64,000 nucleotides of DNA from Diadema antillarum (Eukaryota), in assembly GCF_040938485.1 (NCBI RefSeq), contig NW_027271540.1, positions 682,001-746,000 of the forward strand, in the 5' to 3' direction. Each line of letters begins with the position of its first letter. The stretch's first letter is position 1. Shown here one piece after another: positions 34,101-48,203 of this stretch. The position numbers and the translations under genes were made by a program. The notes beneath the pieces were generated by a model that did no database searches, was not told the origin of the DNA, and saw nothing but the letters and a program-made list of their open reading frames with translations.

Positions 34101-37100
34101 CAAAAGCAAAAAAGAATGTCAAAGATGTCAGCTATTTGTTCTTCAGGTCAATGGGTAGTCAAGATACTGGACGCATTTCCCACACTAACACACGCATACA
34201 CATGCATGCACCGGCACAATGCGCCCAACCGCTGACTGCGACATTCCACCAATTGGTACTCCCGAAAAAAATCAGGAGGGGTGGATCTTGTGTACTACAG
34301 TGTACATACAGACACCATCAACGTACGTCCGTACGTACGCGGGTACACTGCTTACGAATACAGTCCAGGAAGTGGACTAGTCAATGGGTAACCTGAATAA
34401 TGAGTAGCCAGTAGCTGTGAAATTCCAACAAAATGTATTTGAATAATGACGTGATATTATCTCTATCTGGTTATTGAATAAATCAATGAGCTATTCTACT
34501 AGTCTGAAAATAACTGCACTGTGGGGCGAAGGTTTTCATTCAAGTCACAGATGTAAAAAATAAGAGTGTGTAACACGGTAATTGCAACATGTACCATCAC
34601 CTCATCCTGACTCACAAGAACACACCACTGAGTCTACCAGGGAAATTTGCAATGCTCCAACAACATATATGCAACTGCGGTTTACTCATGCAAAAAAAAA
34701 ATTGTTTAATACACCATAAAATTCACTCTGCAAACCCAAATTGACAATAAATTCATCATATCAACTTCAGTATTGAAAGCTCCAACGGACTCACCTGTCG
34801 CAAATTTAAAAGGCTGATTCCTGCTCAACCTAATTTTCATATCCTTTACAAAAGTGAGCAGTGCTCGTTTAAGCATGAATTAGGTGATCCGGTTATCCTT
34901 CGGATCACCTTCTGTATCTGTACTGATTCTTTATTTCTGGACAAAAGTTGTGCAGAGATTAACTCAGAAAGTCCTCTGCCTATCAATTTCAAAATTATAC
35001 CATATATGTATCATGTCACAAAGACGACAGATTTTGTAAAATCATTGTGATTAATGTACCGTGACGTCACTATGACGTCATTATATGAAAACATATTTTC
35101 ATTAATATCTCATTAATGGAATGGAATTTTTCAATGATATTCACGTCACATATAGTTCAAATCAAGCGCATTCTATACACATTTTCTTAAATTTCAGTTT
35201 ACACTTAAACCGTGCGCGTACGCGCACGTTAAAATGTTGACATGCTCCAATCGAGCTCAATTTTTTTTTGCACACGTTTCAGATCATTTGGAGCATTTTT
35301 TGAAAAATTGAAAAAATTGGACGGACGCGTACGCGCGCGCGCATATTCGCACGTACAGCTCATATGCAATTGAAATTTCCCGTTTTTTCACACGGTTCGG
35401 ATGTATGAAATGTCAAGGAATATTTCTACGAAGTTAAAAGTCAATACTCAGTATGACGTCATACGGGCCCGTAAAAGTTGAAATTCCGCGCGCGCGTCAA
35501 TGGCGATGTACAGTGCAACTATGCCAAAAAAACTGCCAAATTTAAATCCGATTTTACTCGTCAGGATGGACGGTGACCCCCCCCCCCCCCAATTTCTTTA
35601 CATATTCGAAAAGCTGATGAGTTGTACATGTCATATCATAGGTTGGCAATGCTGGCAAAATGATTAAAAGATATCAAATTTCTTAAAGTAAAAAAAGTAA
35701 ATTTTCAAAATGACGTCATCAAATTTCAAGTTCATTCGATCGTCTCTCACTAATCCTTGGCCTATTTTCCCCCGGATTTCAGTATATTGTAGCTTAATTA
35801 ATGTTCTTTCAAACGTAAATTTACAAAATTTTGATTGGATGACGGTATGACCTCGTAAAAATGGATTGAAAATAATCTTGTCTAATTTGACTAGTTTACG
35901 TGTTATCTCTATGGGAGTGCAGTTTTTCTGGAAATGAAAATTGACATGACTATCTTTATCGAGCACTAGCTCACTTACCCTTTGGTAAATTTCTCCCAGA
36001 TTTTAATATGTTGTAGCTGAGACTTTACGCTACCGTCGGTGTGTTTTTTCTTTTTCATAAGATGTCGGGATCACGTCAAAAATTTTGGTTGAAATGAAAG
36101 CTTATCTTCAATGTATTGAGATATTTCTTTCTTTCTGCAACTTTCTTTGCAATAATTCAAGAAAAACAGCCTGTATCACTTCCATATTTTGCACATGTTT
36201 AGTTCATGTCACGTACATTATTTCATAAAATAACAACTACTTGATCGGACACCATCTTGGGTATGTAGATTAGGGTCAAAGGTCATACATGTTTCATCCT
36301 GTATCTTGGTGAATACCTGTTCTATCTTTCCCATATTTTGCACACTCAAAGACCATGTTACAAGGATCATTTTACAAAATAACGACTTTTTGCTCAGATG
36401 CCATCTTGTCTGTGCAAATTGGGGTCAAAGATCATATGTACTTCTTTCTGTATCTTCGTTATGACGTGTTATCTCTATGGGAGGTAATTTTTTTTAATGT
36501 GAAAATTGACGTGATTGTCTTTATCGAGCACTAGCTCACTTACCCTTTGGTGAATTTCTCCCAGATTTTAATATGTTGTAGCTAAGACTTTGCGCTATCG
36601 TATGTGTGCCCTTTGTTTTTTCATATGGTGTCGGGATCACGTCAAAATTTTGGTTGAAATGAAAGCTTATCTTCGATGTATTGAGATATTTCTTTCTTTC
36701 TGCAACTAAATGATCGGACAACATCTTGGGTATGTAAATAAGGGTCAAAGGTCATAAATGTTGCATCTTGTATCTTGGTGAATACCTGTCCTATCTTTCC
36801 CATATTTTGCACACGTATAGACGATGTCGCAAGAATCATTTCACAAAATAACCACTTTTTCCTCAGATAACATATTGGGAGTGTAAAGGTGGGTCAAAGG
36901 TCATATGTATTCGTTGCTGTATCTTCGTTATTCAGTGTATACAGAATTTGGTACCAAAATTGGCAGATATGACTCCCTTTTCCAAATAATGAGAATCCAA
37001 ACATCACACGGCCAATGTCTCTAAACACAGATGAAACTTGTATGGTCATGCGTATTGCGATCAGGACTCGAATCATTGATTAAAAAAAAAATCGGATCAC

Positions 37101-39639
37101 CTTAATTTGTCAGTGATGACAAATTACAATCTCTAGTTATCTTTAGACTTTTTGGTGTCATATAAAAGTTGAGTCCATAAACTATCCATACATATAAATG
37201 TTTTTTCCCAGAATCATATACTTCTTATTAGGCAGCCATTTCAAAAGCATATAGTGTTTATTTTTTTGAGACACACAGTATATTGCATATACATATATTT
37301 GATTTAACGTACAGTGCTGCAGATTAGTCAGAACTTATTCTTTCATAATTACTTGGTAAACATATGCCAAATCATTACATAAAACTGTAACTTAAATACT
37401 TTTTTTTTTTAGGCGGAATGGGTATCCTATGTGTAGTTGCTTATTATTATAATGACGTACATGATATTAGATATATCTAAGAGTTTATTTCTGCTTGTTT
37501 ACATACTTCAGTTTGGCCTTTCGTTCTGAAAAAAAATCCTTCTTTCCTTTTTCATCCTGGAGGCATGTACGTCATAATGGTACGGTCAGTCGTCGAGCAA
37601 TTTTGTCTCTAAAAAAAAATGAAAGCCACCCGCATAGCGAATGAATTAATGACAATAGATATTAGGAAATTATTCATCGGCAGTGTGCCTTTGGTGACAT
37701 GCTGAAGTTGCCTCATGATAAGATAGGGAACACTTTGATAAAAGAAATTGATGGAATTAACTCTCATGAGTTTGAAGTTTTTTTTTTTTTTGTGCTCCCC
37801 ACAGGATAAAAAAAAATATATCCTTCGCAAATGAACGGATTTTTGTACAGACTGAATGGTCTCTAGCCCAACCAAGGATTGAAAGATTTCAGTACACGTG
37901 TATACCAATGTGACATGTAAGCAAATGATTAGCACATATTATTACATAATTTCCTTGTGGATATAACATACCCTGTAGTAGTTCCCTGAAGCCTCGTTCT
38001 GCTTGTGAAGTGGTATGACAAGAAAAGAGAGGAGACCTCCGCTCAGGGTGATGACGAGGAGAGAAACCGCCCACCACTCCCCCGAGAGGAGTTGCTGCAA
38101 ACCGAATTCAAGGATAGCCACGGCGCAGAGAAAGAGGACGAACGAGATTCCAAGGCACGTGTTCACCACCAAGCCAGGTCTAAATCTTGTCAGCTCTTTG
38201 AGAACGGGCACTCCTCTGAACTCTTCTCGCAGAGTTCCAGGCACACCAAGATAAGGGTCGCCAAGTAGTCGCTCTTCGTCTTTTGATCTGCTGCTTTGTG
38301 ACGGCGTGGTCCCTCGATCAGTGCTGGCGCTCGGGTGGTCTTGAGATATTGTGTGCATCTCTAATGTCACACTCTCCTCGACCAGCAGTGAGTCGGGCTG
38401 GTAGCGCAAGATGATCACTGCCACAGAGACAAACATGTACCCGAGCAGAACGCCGATCGACAAAAATTCCACCAATTCTGACAGAGAGAAGAACAGAGTC
38501 AGGAGAACTACTAGAGTCATAGCGAAGAGAGTGGCAACAACTGGAACTCCTGTGCTCTCATTAACCTCTCCCAAACAACTGAATAGCAAACCATCCGTCG
38601 CCATGGCATAGATGGATCTTGGAAGGCAATACATGCTCATGAGTACTGATGTGAACATGGCGCAGAGAGCGCCTACTCCAACAGCCCACTGGGCCCACTT
38701 CACGCCAGTCACGACAAATGCATTGGCAAAGGCAGACGACACGTCCAATTCCGGATAGGGGACCATCAAAGTTAGTACTGCAGAACAAAGGACGTACACA
38801 ACGGTTGCGATTACGACCGATATAAAGGTGGCTCGGGGGATGCTCTTACGGGGGTCCACCGTCTCCTCATTAGCGACTGCAATAGCGTCAAACCCGACGT
38901 AGGAGAAAAACAGCGTCGCAGCGCCGGCGAGGACACTTTCAGGACCTCTGGGCACAAAGCCACCATAGTCTTGCCAGTTTCTTATGTCAGACTTCTGGAA
39001 TCCAAGAATGATGATAATCGAGATGATCACTGCATTGATGGCCATGAAAAGACCATTAATCCATGCAGAGACCTTCGCTCCACATATGATGGCCAATGTG
39101 GTAAGAATGACAAAGAGAGCAGCGAAGATGTTAGGATAGGGAGCAAGGAAAGACACCGTCCATAGCTTGCCTCTCAATAGTGTGTTGATGATAAAATTCG
39201 ACAGAGCATTTCCACACAGAAAATCGAGGTAACCAATAAAGGAGCTGGCGACGGAAGCACCTGCTATGGAGTATTCCAGAATGAGATTCCAACCAATCAA
39301 AAATGCCCATAGCTCTCCCAGAGAAATGTACGTGAAGGTGTACGCTGATCCGGTGCGCGGAATGCGGCAGGCAAATTCTACATAGCAGAGTGCTGACAAC
39401 ATCGCGGCTATTCCAGCGAGAGCGTAGGAGATGACGATTGCGGGTCCAGTCACTTCCTTCGCCTCTACACCTGTCAATACGTAAAGTCCTGCTCCTATCA
39501 TGGCACCCAGTCCCATCAAGACAAGTTGGAAGGTGGTGAGTGTGCGGCGCAGTGGCGTGTGGTACATTTCCTCCTCGGTCCCGAGATTCTTCTTCCGACA
39601 TAACAGGCCGAGAAGCTGCCAGCAGGAGGTGCACGCCAT
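31132..39639 (-). CDS. Cationic amino acid transporter (CAT/SLC7 family), paralog B, ~650 aa: complement(join(39639..37972,32347..32239,31307..31132))
   Basis: GLGAMIGAGLYVLTG, PRTGSAY, FFSYVGFD, LPRSIYAMATDGLLF. Donor GTATGT at 37971. Exon 2 encodes VDFVPLLPGLSIL...TWLRFLIWVVIG (109 nt). Exon 3 encodes LLIYALYGFRHS...SYGSIEE...GSDL*. Phases are consistent. Confidence 0.93.
33717..37278. mobile_element. Tc1/mariner-type MITE with long (~350 bp) TIRs and TA flanks; right TIR interrupted by a nested element
   Basis: TA|CCGTGTGTCT... and ...GAGACACACAG|TA. Left arm 33717..34080 matches the inverse of 34735..34880 plus 37138..37278. Confidence 0.75.
34881..37137 (+). mobile_element. Helentron-associated non-autonomous element (HINE/DINE-1-like) with internal tandem repeats
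   Basis: 5' subTIR AGGTGATCCG plus nearby inverse CGGATCACCT (34882..34910); 3' CGGATCACCT (37093..37102) followed by hairpin TAATTTGTCA-gtga-TGACAAATTA; T|T insertion without a clear TSD; ~235-bp direct repeats at 35902..36139 and 36468..36706; GGGTCAAAG(G/A)TCAT recurring at ~36272, 36421, 36742, 36891. Confidence 0.7.
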
Positions 39640-39821
39640 GATGGTAATGCGTCAAGACGTCGTCTGTAGTCAATCAACGCTTCGCTTCCAACTGCTAGTC
39701 ACACGTCCTGTTCTTGTATGTACTCGGTTATTAACTGGAGTCTCGTCTTGCATCGCTATCTGCTGGCTTCGTACCCTGTGACACAGACAAAAGGACAAAG
39801 ACGATGAAACCGAGCATGAAA

Positions 39822-39908
39822 TTAATTGAATTTGAATTGAATTGAATTTATTTCCACTTCATGGGGTGGAACACCCTGATCAGCAGAGCTGGTTTCCATA
39901 GGGGTCCA
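39822..39908 (-). mobile_element. 3' tail fragment of a LINE/SINE with an (ATTCA)n tail just upstream of paralog B; related pieces at ~29530 and ~48715
   Basis: Minus-strand GGACCCCTATGGAAACCAGC...ATGAAGTGGAAATAAATTCAATTCAATTC. Confidence 0.45.
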
Positions 39909-40747
39909 CATACATACATTAATGGTAAAAAGCGAAAAATACATACATCTTGAGTAAAAACAAATATCATGTATACACAACAATTCATACAAATCGATAT
40001 TAGAAAACATAAAACAAGCTTCTTTTGAAATTCTTTTCTTGCCAATTTCATTTCAGAAACTTGTTAACTTTACTACAACTACGGTTTTGGATGGTCGACT
40101 GTTCAAAAGACTGGAAGAAGAAGAAAAAAAAGTAATACGAAAGAAAAAAAAACCACTCTGACAATACAAGATCAGAAGTTTTTTGTGAAACTTAAGCATA
40201 AGGTGACCATTATTCCCTTAGCAAAATGTCTAATCTAATAGACAAATAATGACAGGAAAAGAATGGCTTTTGTGCTAAATATATGCTTCTGATTCTCAAT
40301 ATCAGTTATATGTCTGGATGACATACGCTGGTGTTTTCGTTCACTTTTATAACTTCCCAGATAAGTATTTCTGACCCGTTTTTTTTTTTTTCATTTTCCC
40401 TCCATAGAGCATAGAAAGTGTCGATGAATATTTAACTTCTGGCCCCGGCCCACTATTCCAGGGATGTTTCTTTTAACCCATTATTTCCCATTGCACAACA
40501 GCCTGTCATGACTACACAATTGATTGGGCCGTAGTTAGTACCTTTGGTTATAGATAGACGGAGTTATAACTCACTCGTGTAAATTCGAGTTCCTGCAAGC
40601 ACATGCTCGGCTGAAAGTTTTTCACAGTATATAAGCTCAGAGCTCATTTTTATTCAACGGTTTCGAGTGTACTGACTAACAAAGTGTAATCACAAGTGAA
40701 AAGAATTAGTGTTAAGATTTGCCCTCTGTTTTAACACCTGTGATCGA

Positions 40748-43700
40748 AAATAATAATAATAATAATAATTGCATTTATATGGCGCTTCATATTGACGTTT
40801 CTAAGCGCACTTTGCTACTCATACAAATAGACTCGAAAACACAATAACATTAACAAAATTAACGTTAACAGTAACAAAAGAAGAAGAAAGAAAAGAAAAG
40901 AAAAGAAAAATACATGTGATACAATGGTACAATAATTGATAACTGTGTGCGCCTCCAGAAAAAAAGAAATTACAGCTGATCAAACAGGTGAGTTTTAAGA
41001 AGAATTTTAAATGATTCGACAGATGAGGCATTCTGAATATAAAGAGGGAGTTTATTCCAAAGAGTGGGAGCAATGGAAGAGAAGGCTCGGTCACCATAAC
41101 GGGTTTTTGTACGTGGGCCATGAAGTAATTGGAGAGAGGAAGATGAACGGAGGGGTCTGGCAGAAGAGGAGGAGCGGAGAGAGACTAGGTTTTGAAGATA
41201 TATGGGTGCAAGATTACGTGTGATTTTGTACGTCAGAAGTAGGATCTTGAAAGTAATACGGGAATGTACTGGAAGCCAATGGAGTGAGCGGAGAACAGGA
41301 GATATATGGTCATGTCTCCTACTAAGGGAAACTAATCTAGCGGCTGAATTTTGGATACGTTGGAGAGGGGATATGTGAGAAAGAGGGAGGCCGGCAAGGA
41401 GGGAGTTGCAGTACTCCAGATAGGAGGAGACGAAGGCATGGACGAGCCGCTCAGCTGATGATTGATCAAGCAGACGCCTGATCTTCCCTATTTTGAAAAT
41501 ACCCCATGATGCAGACTTACAAATGTTTGTGATATGGTGTTTAAGAGTTAAGTGTTTGTCCAAAGTAAAGCCAAGGTCTCTAACACAGTCAGAGACCTTA
41601 ATAATCCCATCCCGAGTAGTTAGATCTGGTAGAGGAACTGTGCTCCTAAACTGTGATGAGAAATGGATGAGTTCAGACTTGTCTTCATTCAGACGGAGTC
41701 TGTTGGCAGTGGACCAGGCTTTGATGTCGTTGAGACATTCTCTCAGTGAATTAACAGCAGCAATCCTATCGCCAGGTGACATAGTTATGTAAATTTGAGT
41801 GTCGTCAGCATACATAGCGTAGTTGACTCCATGATGACAATTGATGATTCTGGTGAGTGGACCTGTATAGAGGAGAAAAAGAAGGGGGCCGGCAACGGAT
41901 CCTTGCGGAACTCCGCAGCTGATAGGACTAGGACGTGACCAGGCCCCATTGATTATCACCCTCTGTGTGCGATCTTGAAGATATGACTTGATCCATTGGA
42001 TGGCAGTGTCTGTGATGGAATAGTCATTACTAAGTCGTTGTAGTAGCAACGTGTGGTCGAGCGTGTCAAACGCAGCCGAATAGTCAAGAAGAAGAAGAGC
42101 AGCCTCATTGCCCTTGTCGACAGCAAGGAGATCGTTGAGCACTTTCAACAAGGCAGTTTCTGTTGAGTGGAGGTTGCGGTATGCTGACTGGTTTGTGGGA
42201 AGCAGATGATTACTGTAAACATAAGACATTAACTGTGTAGACACAATCCTTTCAAGAAGCTTACTCACAAATGGCAGATTGGCAATTGGTCGGTAATTGC
42301 TCAGGACATCGGGATCTAGGTTCGGTTTCTTCAACAGAGGGGAAACAAGAGATGTCTTGAAAGGTATTGGAACTATACCCGATGACAATGATGTGTTAAT
42401 GATGTTTTTTAGAACCGGAAGCAGCTCATCAAGGCACTCTTTGAGCAGCCAAGTTGGAAGAGGGTCCAGACTGCAAGATTTTGGTGGAGATAGCATGATG
42501 AGACGTCGAAGCTGTTCATCAGTGACTGGATTAAACTCGCTCAGGTTGCAGTTCAAAGAGTTCTCAGGAGCCTGGACGGATAACTCCAAATGGTTCACGT
42601 CAGATACAAAGGAAGACACAATATCATCGATTTTCTTCATGAAGAATATACTGAACCTGTGCGCCAGTTCTGAATCAGATGAGTGTTCAGGATAGATAGA
42701 AGAGTCAAAAGGGGTGGACAGTTTCTTCACAAAGTTGAATAGTCGTTTCGAGTCAGCATTGGCGATCTCTTTTCTCAGGTACTGGGACTTTGCATCAGTA
42801 ATCAGACTGTAGTACAGCTCACATTCTTGACGATACAGGTCCATGTCAGTCTGCATGCCGGACTTCAACATGCGACGTTCAGCACGACGCCGACGCCTCC
42901 TGGCCTCCCTAATCTCATCAGAGAACCAAGGGGCATTGGGTCTAATTGTCACAGTCACGGTTTTAACAGGGGCATGCTTGTCCAACAGATTAACCAGCAT
43001 GTCATTATACATTGAAATTGCTTCTGTAGGACAAGACGTACACTGGGAACTCAACAAAGCCTGTTTAATATCCTGGCGGAAAGAGTTGGTGTCAATATTG
43101 CGAAGCTTTCTAAAGCTTACTTTCCTTCTAGGATTTGGTGGGCCTTTAAGATTAATGGCGGAAAGAATGGCGGAGTGATCAGATGGCAAAGATGGCAATA
43201 CAGTGATATGGGAAATAATATCTTCAGATTTCCTACTAAAGACTAAATCAAGTGTGTGGCCTGCTTGGTGAGTGGCACCCTTAACATGTTGATGAAACCC
43301 AAAGGCTTCAACGACATTGAGAAAAGACTGAGCGAAACTATCAGCAGAATCATCTACATGTATATTAAAGTCGCCAAGAAGAATGGTTGGATGAGCATCA
43401 ACAGCAGTACTCTCGAGGAGAGTTAAAAACTCATCAAGAAAGTCGTTGCTGGTAAAGGTGTGACGAGAGGATGGGATGGGCGATAAATGCAATAAACCCG
43501 AACAGTAGATGAAGAAGTGAGATGAATCGTGAAATCTAGCAGTTCAAAATACATAAATTTGTGTGTGTCATTGACAACACAACGCGCAGCAGACCTATTC
43601 AGGACGCAGATACCACCTCCTCTAGATGTCTTTCTGGGATGATTGATAATATTGAAATTTGGAAGGGATAATTTCAATTCAGCAAGGGTAGGCTCATCCC

Positions 43701-44670
43701 TCTGGTCACCTGAAAGCCATGAATCAGTGATGACTAACACATCAATATCATTATCTATGATCAGAGTTGACACTGCATCGACTTTATTCGTCAAGGATCT
43801 TGCGTTCCATAAACCAAATTGAGACCCACTGGAAGCATCACAAAGGGACTGTGACCTTGGAATCCTCCGCCTACGGCGTCCCCTGTGAGTACGCCGCTGC
43901 TGCGCAATCCCAAGATCACATACCCTTCTCCAAACAGTCAAAGGAAGTAGATGACTGGGCTTCCCATTAAACTGATGGAGGGCATGTACATCATATGTAA
44001 TACGATTCGGTTGAAAACTACTGCAATACTCATTAGCATGTTGCATTACATCGACATCAGTACATGGACCTGGGTTTGTTTGAATGTCACCGGACAGTAG
44101 GATGGCTAACTGAAAACATGCACATGTGTTGCTATAGTATGCAACAGGTTTACCACAGTGTCTGACAAGCCTGTGAACAGGAGAATTAAAGTAGACTGTG
44201 ATTACAGTTACAAGCATCAGTTGGCAGCATGAATACATGGTTCACGTTCAAGAGAGATACAATCAGAGGTATACAAAAGAAGAGATTCCAGAGACGCCAG
44301 ATCTTAATCCCCTCCATTGCTGTGGAGGTGATGCTATTGACATACACATGTGAACGGTGTGACAACAAAAGGTGCTATTGAAAGTACAAAGCAAGTACAC
44401 ATACAAGATGCATGAAGCAAGTGTACAACACTGAGCTGGACACTGAAAATGGCAATACAGAGTAGGCTACAGTATCAACATACAAAATTCATCTGCTTAA
44501 ATATACAGCTAACTTACCAACAAATTGACTGGAAATGGTCTAGCAAGATCCTTGACACAAACAGAATACAGTATAAACAACCATACTGCAAAAATGCAGC
44601 AAAAACCAGGTAAAAAAGACAATATAATCAGAGCCCTAAATGAGTGGGGCTACCTATGGAGGCGCACACC
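40748..44670 (-). mobile_element. Near-full-length L2-clade LINE (CR1 group) with (TAA)n-type tail; 5' end approximate
   Basis: APE and RT domains, 3' UTR ending ...GCGCCATATAAATGCAATTATTATTATT. No ORF1 is visible in the ~430 bp upstream of ORF2. Confidence 0.9.
40970..44238 (-). pseudogene. L2 ORF2 (2A-like motif, APE endonuclease, RT) broken by one frameshift near 43470
   Basis: GLWNARSL...GGGI...YRP in frame 44238..43423; GDFNIH, SDH, NYRPIANL, HSTETALL, LLDYSAAFD, GVPQGS, YADD in frame 43492..40970. Confidence 0.9.
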
Positions 44671-45360
44671 AAAAAAGAAAAAAAAAAGAAAAAAAGAAAA
44701 AAAAAGGGAACTGCGTTTGGCTAAAATGATTAAAAATATTTGATAATCGATTAGACGATCACAAATCGTTATGATTAGGTATGCTTCTATACAGAAAAGT
44801 GAGTTTGTAGCAATCACACGATCTACTGTACGGGGTTCAGGGTTTTCCATCATAATATAGTATGACACTTAAAGGAAACTCCATATACGTCATACGTCTA
44901 TAAGTAATTCAACCCAGTTTGCCAGCAAAATCTGCTATACGTTAGCTTGTACATATTGATTACAATAATCATACATGCAAACCGTGTGTGGGAGAGAGGT
45001 CTCTAACTGGTATGAACCGTACGTGTGATCTCTTTGTACTGACACGAGTACCAGCAACTGTAGAGACAACCCTGAGTAAGTCGGTGCAATGCTGCTACAC
45101 ATATTACACTAAGGTTGGCTAAGCATCACCCTGTTGACAGAACAAATCCGTGAACAACCTATGGGCTTAACATGGTTAACATTCAATATGATCATACTGT
45201 AAATTTACCAATAATCGACAGCATGAAATTTGTACAAAATATTAAAGTTGGGAAGTGAACGAATTTATTGGCATTCTGCTAGTATTAATCTCTCAAAATG
45301 CCCAAATCAGATTCCGAAAACTCATTGTCTTGGTTTGTTGAATCTCTCTCTCTCTCTCTC

Positions 45361-45415
<55 letters not shown>

Positions 45416-46391
45416 GACAATTGCCTTTTTAAACAGGCAGATTCACTCAAAGATTGTCGTAATGAGAAAGTTCTTTTCAGATAAACCACAGGTGTCGCTT
45501 AAAACTGACTATAACTAGCACGATACACTTTACACACATACATAACATACAACACATACATAAAGACAGACAGACAGACACACACACACACACACACATA
45601 CACAAACCTCAGCAAAAATCAAAGGAACCTGTATCCCGATAGACCAATTTAATAAAACATTCCAATTTTATGCCGGCCTTTCTGACAATGGTTCTGCTTG
45701 ACGACATGGAAGCTTGCCCGAGGTTTGCCCAACGTAGCAACAATTAACGTGTGCAAACTGTGTTCTAATTCAGTATTGAATACTGTCTTGGAGGTACGAA
45801 TTAATCACGTCTTAGCTCGTGACTACGTCTGGACGGGAGAAACATCTTTGAAATAGGTCTCGTTTTGTAAACCAGTCAATTCATGTACAGGCGGCGAGGT
45901 AGTATTCTAAACTAGGTTTCACATGACGTGATATCATATGACGTATCATATGAAGGGGATAAAGGGGTGATCATTCGTACTTGAGTAACTCCACTATCCA
46001 TGTGACCGTCTGAATGGTGAGGATTTCTTTTCTTTTTTAATGATTACGGTGAATGCTCATATCTAAGTCCAAACTGAAGACATACATGATTATAGATTAG
46101 ATTACGAGATGGACTCGTCATGGGTATTGGATACAGTGACGTAAAGAAAAGCTGCCAGGAAAAAAAAAAAAGGCTATAGAGGATTGGCACTGCATGCAGT
46201 ATACCTGTACACTGTGGGTTCATACACTGTATCTCACATCTGCTCTACGGTGTATGATAATCCGGAGCATAATAATCTGAATGAACAGAATGAGTGGTAT
46301 TTTTAGGTATAGTCTAATAAACACAGACAGACGTATCCTGGTACCGCTGAGGACAATTGCTAGTATAGGGGCCGGGTGTCTGCATTCTTGG

Positions 46392-46551
46392 NNNNNNNNN
46401 NNNNNNNNNNNNNNNNNNNNNNNNNNNNNNNNNNNNNNNNNNNNNNNNNNNNNNNNNNNNNNNNNNNNNNNNNNNNNNNNNNNNNNNNNNNNNNNNNNNN
46501 NNNNNNNNNNNNNNNNNNNNNNNNNNNNNNNNNNNNNNNNNNNNNNNNNNN
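46392..46551. other. Assembly gap (N run)
   Basis: Run of n. Confidence 0.99.
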
Positions 46552-48203
46552 TTAGATTTTATATTGTTTTGGGTATATATTATACAATTTAAACAGAATT
46601 TAAGAAGACATAGAGTATAATGATTATTGTATTTCGTATCATAAACATCATCATTATCATTATTACTATTAGTAGTAGTAGTAGTAGTAGCAGTAGTAGT
46701 AGTAGTATTAATTACTTTATCAATTTATGTATTTATTTATCTATAAATTTTTACGTCTGACAGCAACAATTAGTCATTTATTCATTTTTACGTCTGAGGG
46801 CGACAGCCCGTCCCCAGCACGTAGGCTCCTATTCGATGTTCTAGCATGCAAACATTTCCACCAACTACTCTTAGTACACAAAATCAGACTGTACTGAATG
46901 AATTCCTGAAACGTGATCTAAGAATGTTAACCGTTGCGACAATTCATGGTCAAGTCTCATGAACAATCCTTTTGATCCGTATGAAGATTTCAATGTAGAT
47001 CAAATTCCACGTAACAATTTGCATATTGTTTACGACACTCTCTATGATCTGCTTGGTATGGAGTTTTAGGCCGTTAGGTCAAAGCATTCCCATTATATCT
47101 CATCACCTTTAGAATCTCTAAAACAGCTGCCTTTGCTTCAACATAGAAAAACTGCAAAACCACGTCTCTTCAACAAAGAGGTAAACTGGAACGAGGAATT
47201 TTAACGGTAGTTTAGCTGTACATGGAGATCGGCAGGTTATTGATTTGTACGTATTCTAGTCACACATATTGTCATCTGGGTTTAAAGCTTTTTCTTCCAT
47301 TTCCGTGGAGATCACTGTCTGAGAACAAACTATGTATAGGCCCAACACGAAACCATGCTGATGCATGTCCTTGTTATACTGTCATAATCAATATTCGTGT
47401 TAATGGCACTGACCCTTTTTTCTGTGGTTAAAAACTGTTCAAGTGGTGTATTTGCTAACAGATGGTGCTCGGTTGACGTTGTCAAACAGCACTAGTTTGG
47501 CGAATAAGTATCATGCTTCAATAGGCTGAAACACAATATGGATGTTTGTGCTACAGCACTGACGAATTCTGTGCCATATAGGCCTATTGATATTACGGAG
47601 GCATTCTTTGTACATGCACATTTTAGACAGGGGAGACCTGTAGATGATAAACTAGGACTATAGTCGTATATTAGCATACACGATGCAATGATGTACTGCA
47701 TTATTTATCCACTATATCCACTATATTTATCCAGCCGAGCAAATGTTTTCTTAAATCAAAAACATAGATACATTTGACTTCAAAAAACCTATGTAACACA
47801 ATGGCTTCCTCTGAATATCTTTATAAAGTAAATTATTCATTAAGGAGCTGTCATATTTCTTTCTTGCATGCTTACACGTCACTATTAAACAAGGATACCA
47901 GGATTTGTGTTAAAAGCACAGATATAGACAATATAAGACAATAAAAGTATTGGTTATTCATTTTTTTAATTATTCTGGGTTAAAAGTCTCTGGTTGTTGT
48001 CCTTCACGTCAACACTTCTACAGCAACTGGAATGAAACAAAATGTTGCACTTTAAACTGTTAAAAAGTGATAATATCTTGCCTCATAATCCCGTTGACAT
48101 TGAAAGTTTGAATATTCCACTCGACCAAAATGGTTAGTGTTCTTAAAATCGGCTATGATATAGGGACATAGGCCTATGAGTTTTCACGAGACAGTAGCCT
48201 TAA

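Noticed and set aside
43460-43485. Programmed ribosomal frameshift in L2 ORF2
   Set aside because: No X XXY YYZ slippery site, and the break falls inside the APE domain; a 1-nt lesion or sequencing error is simpler.
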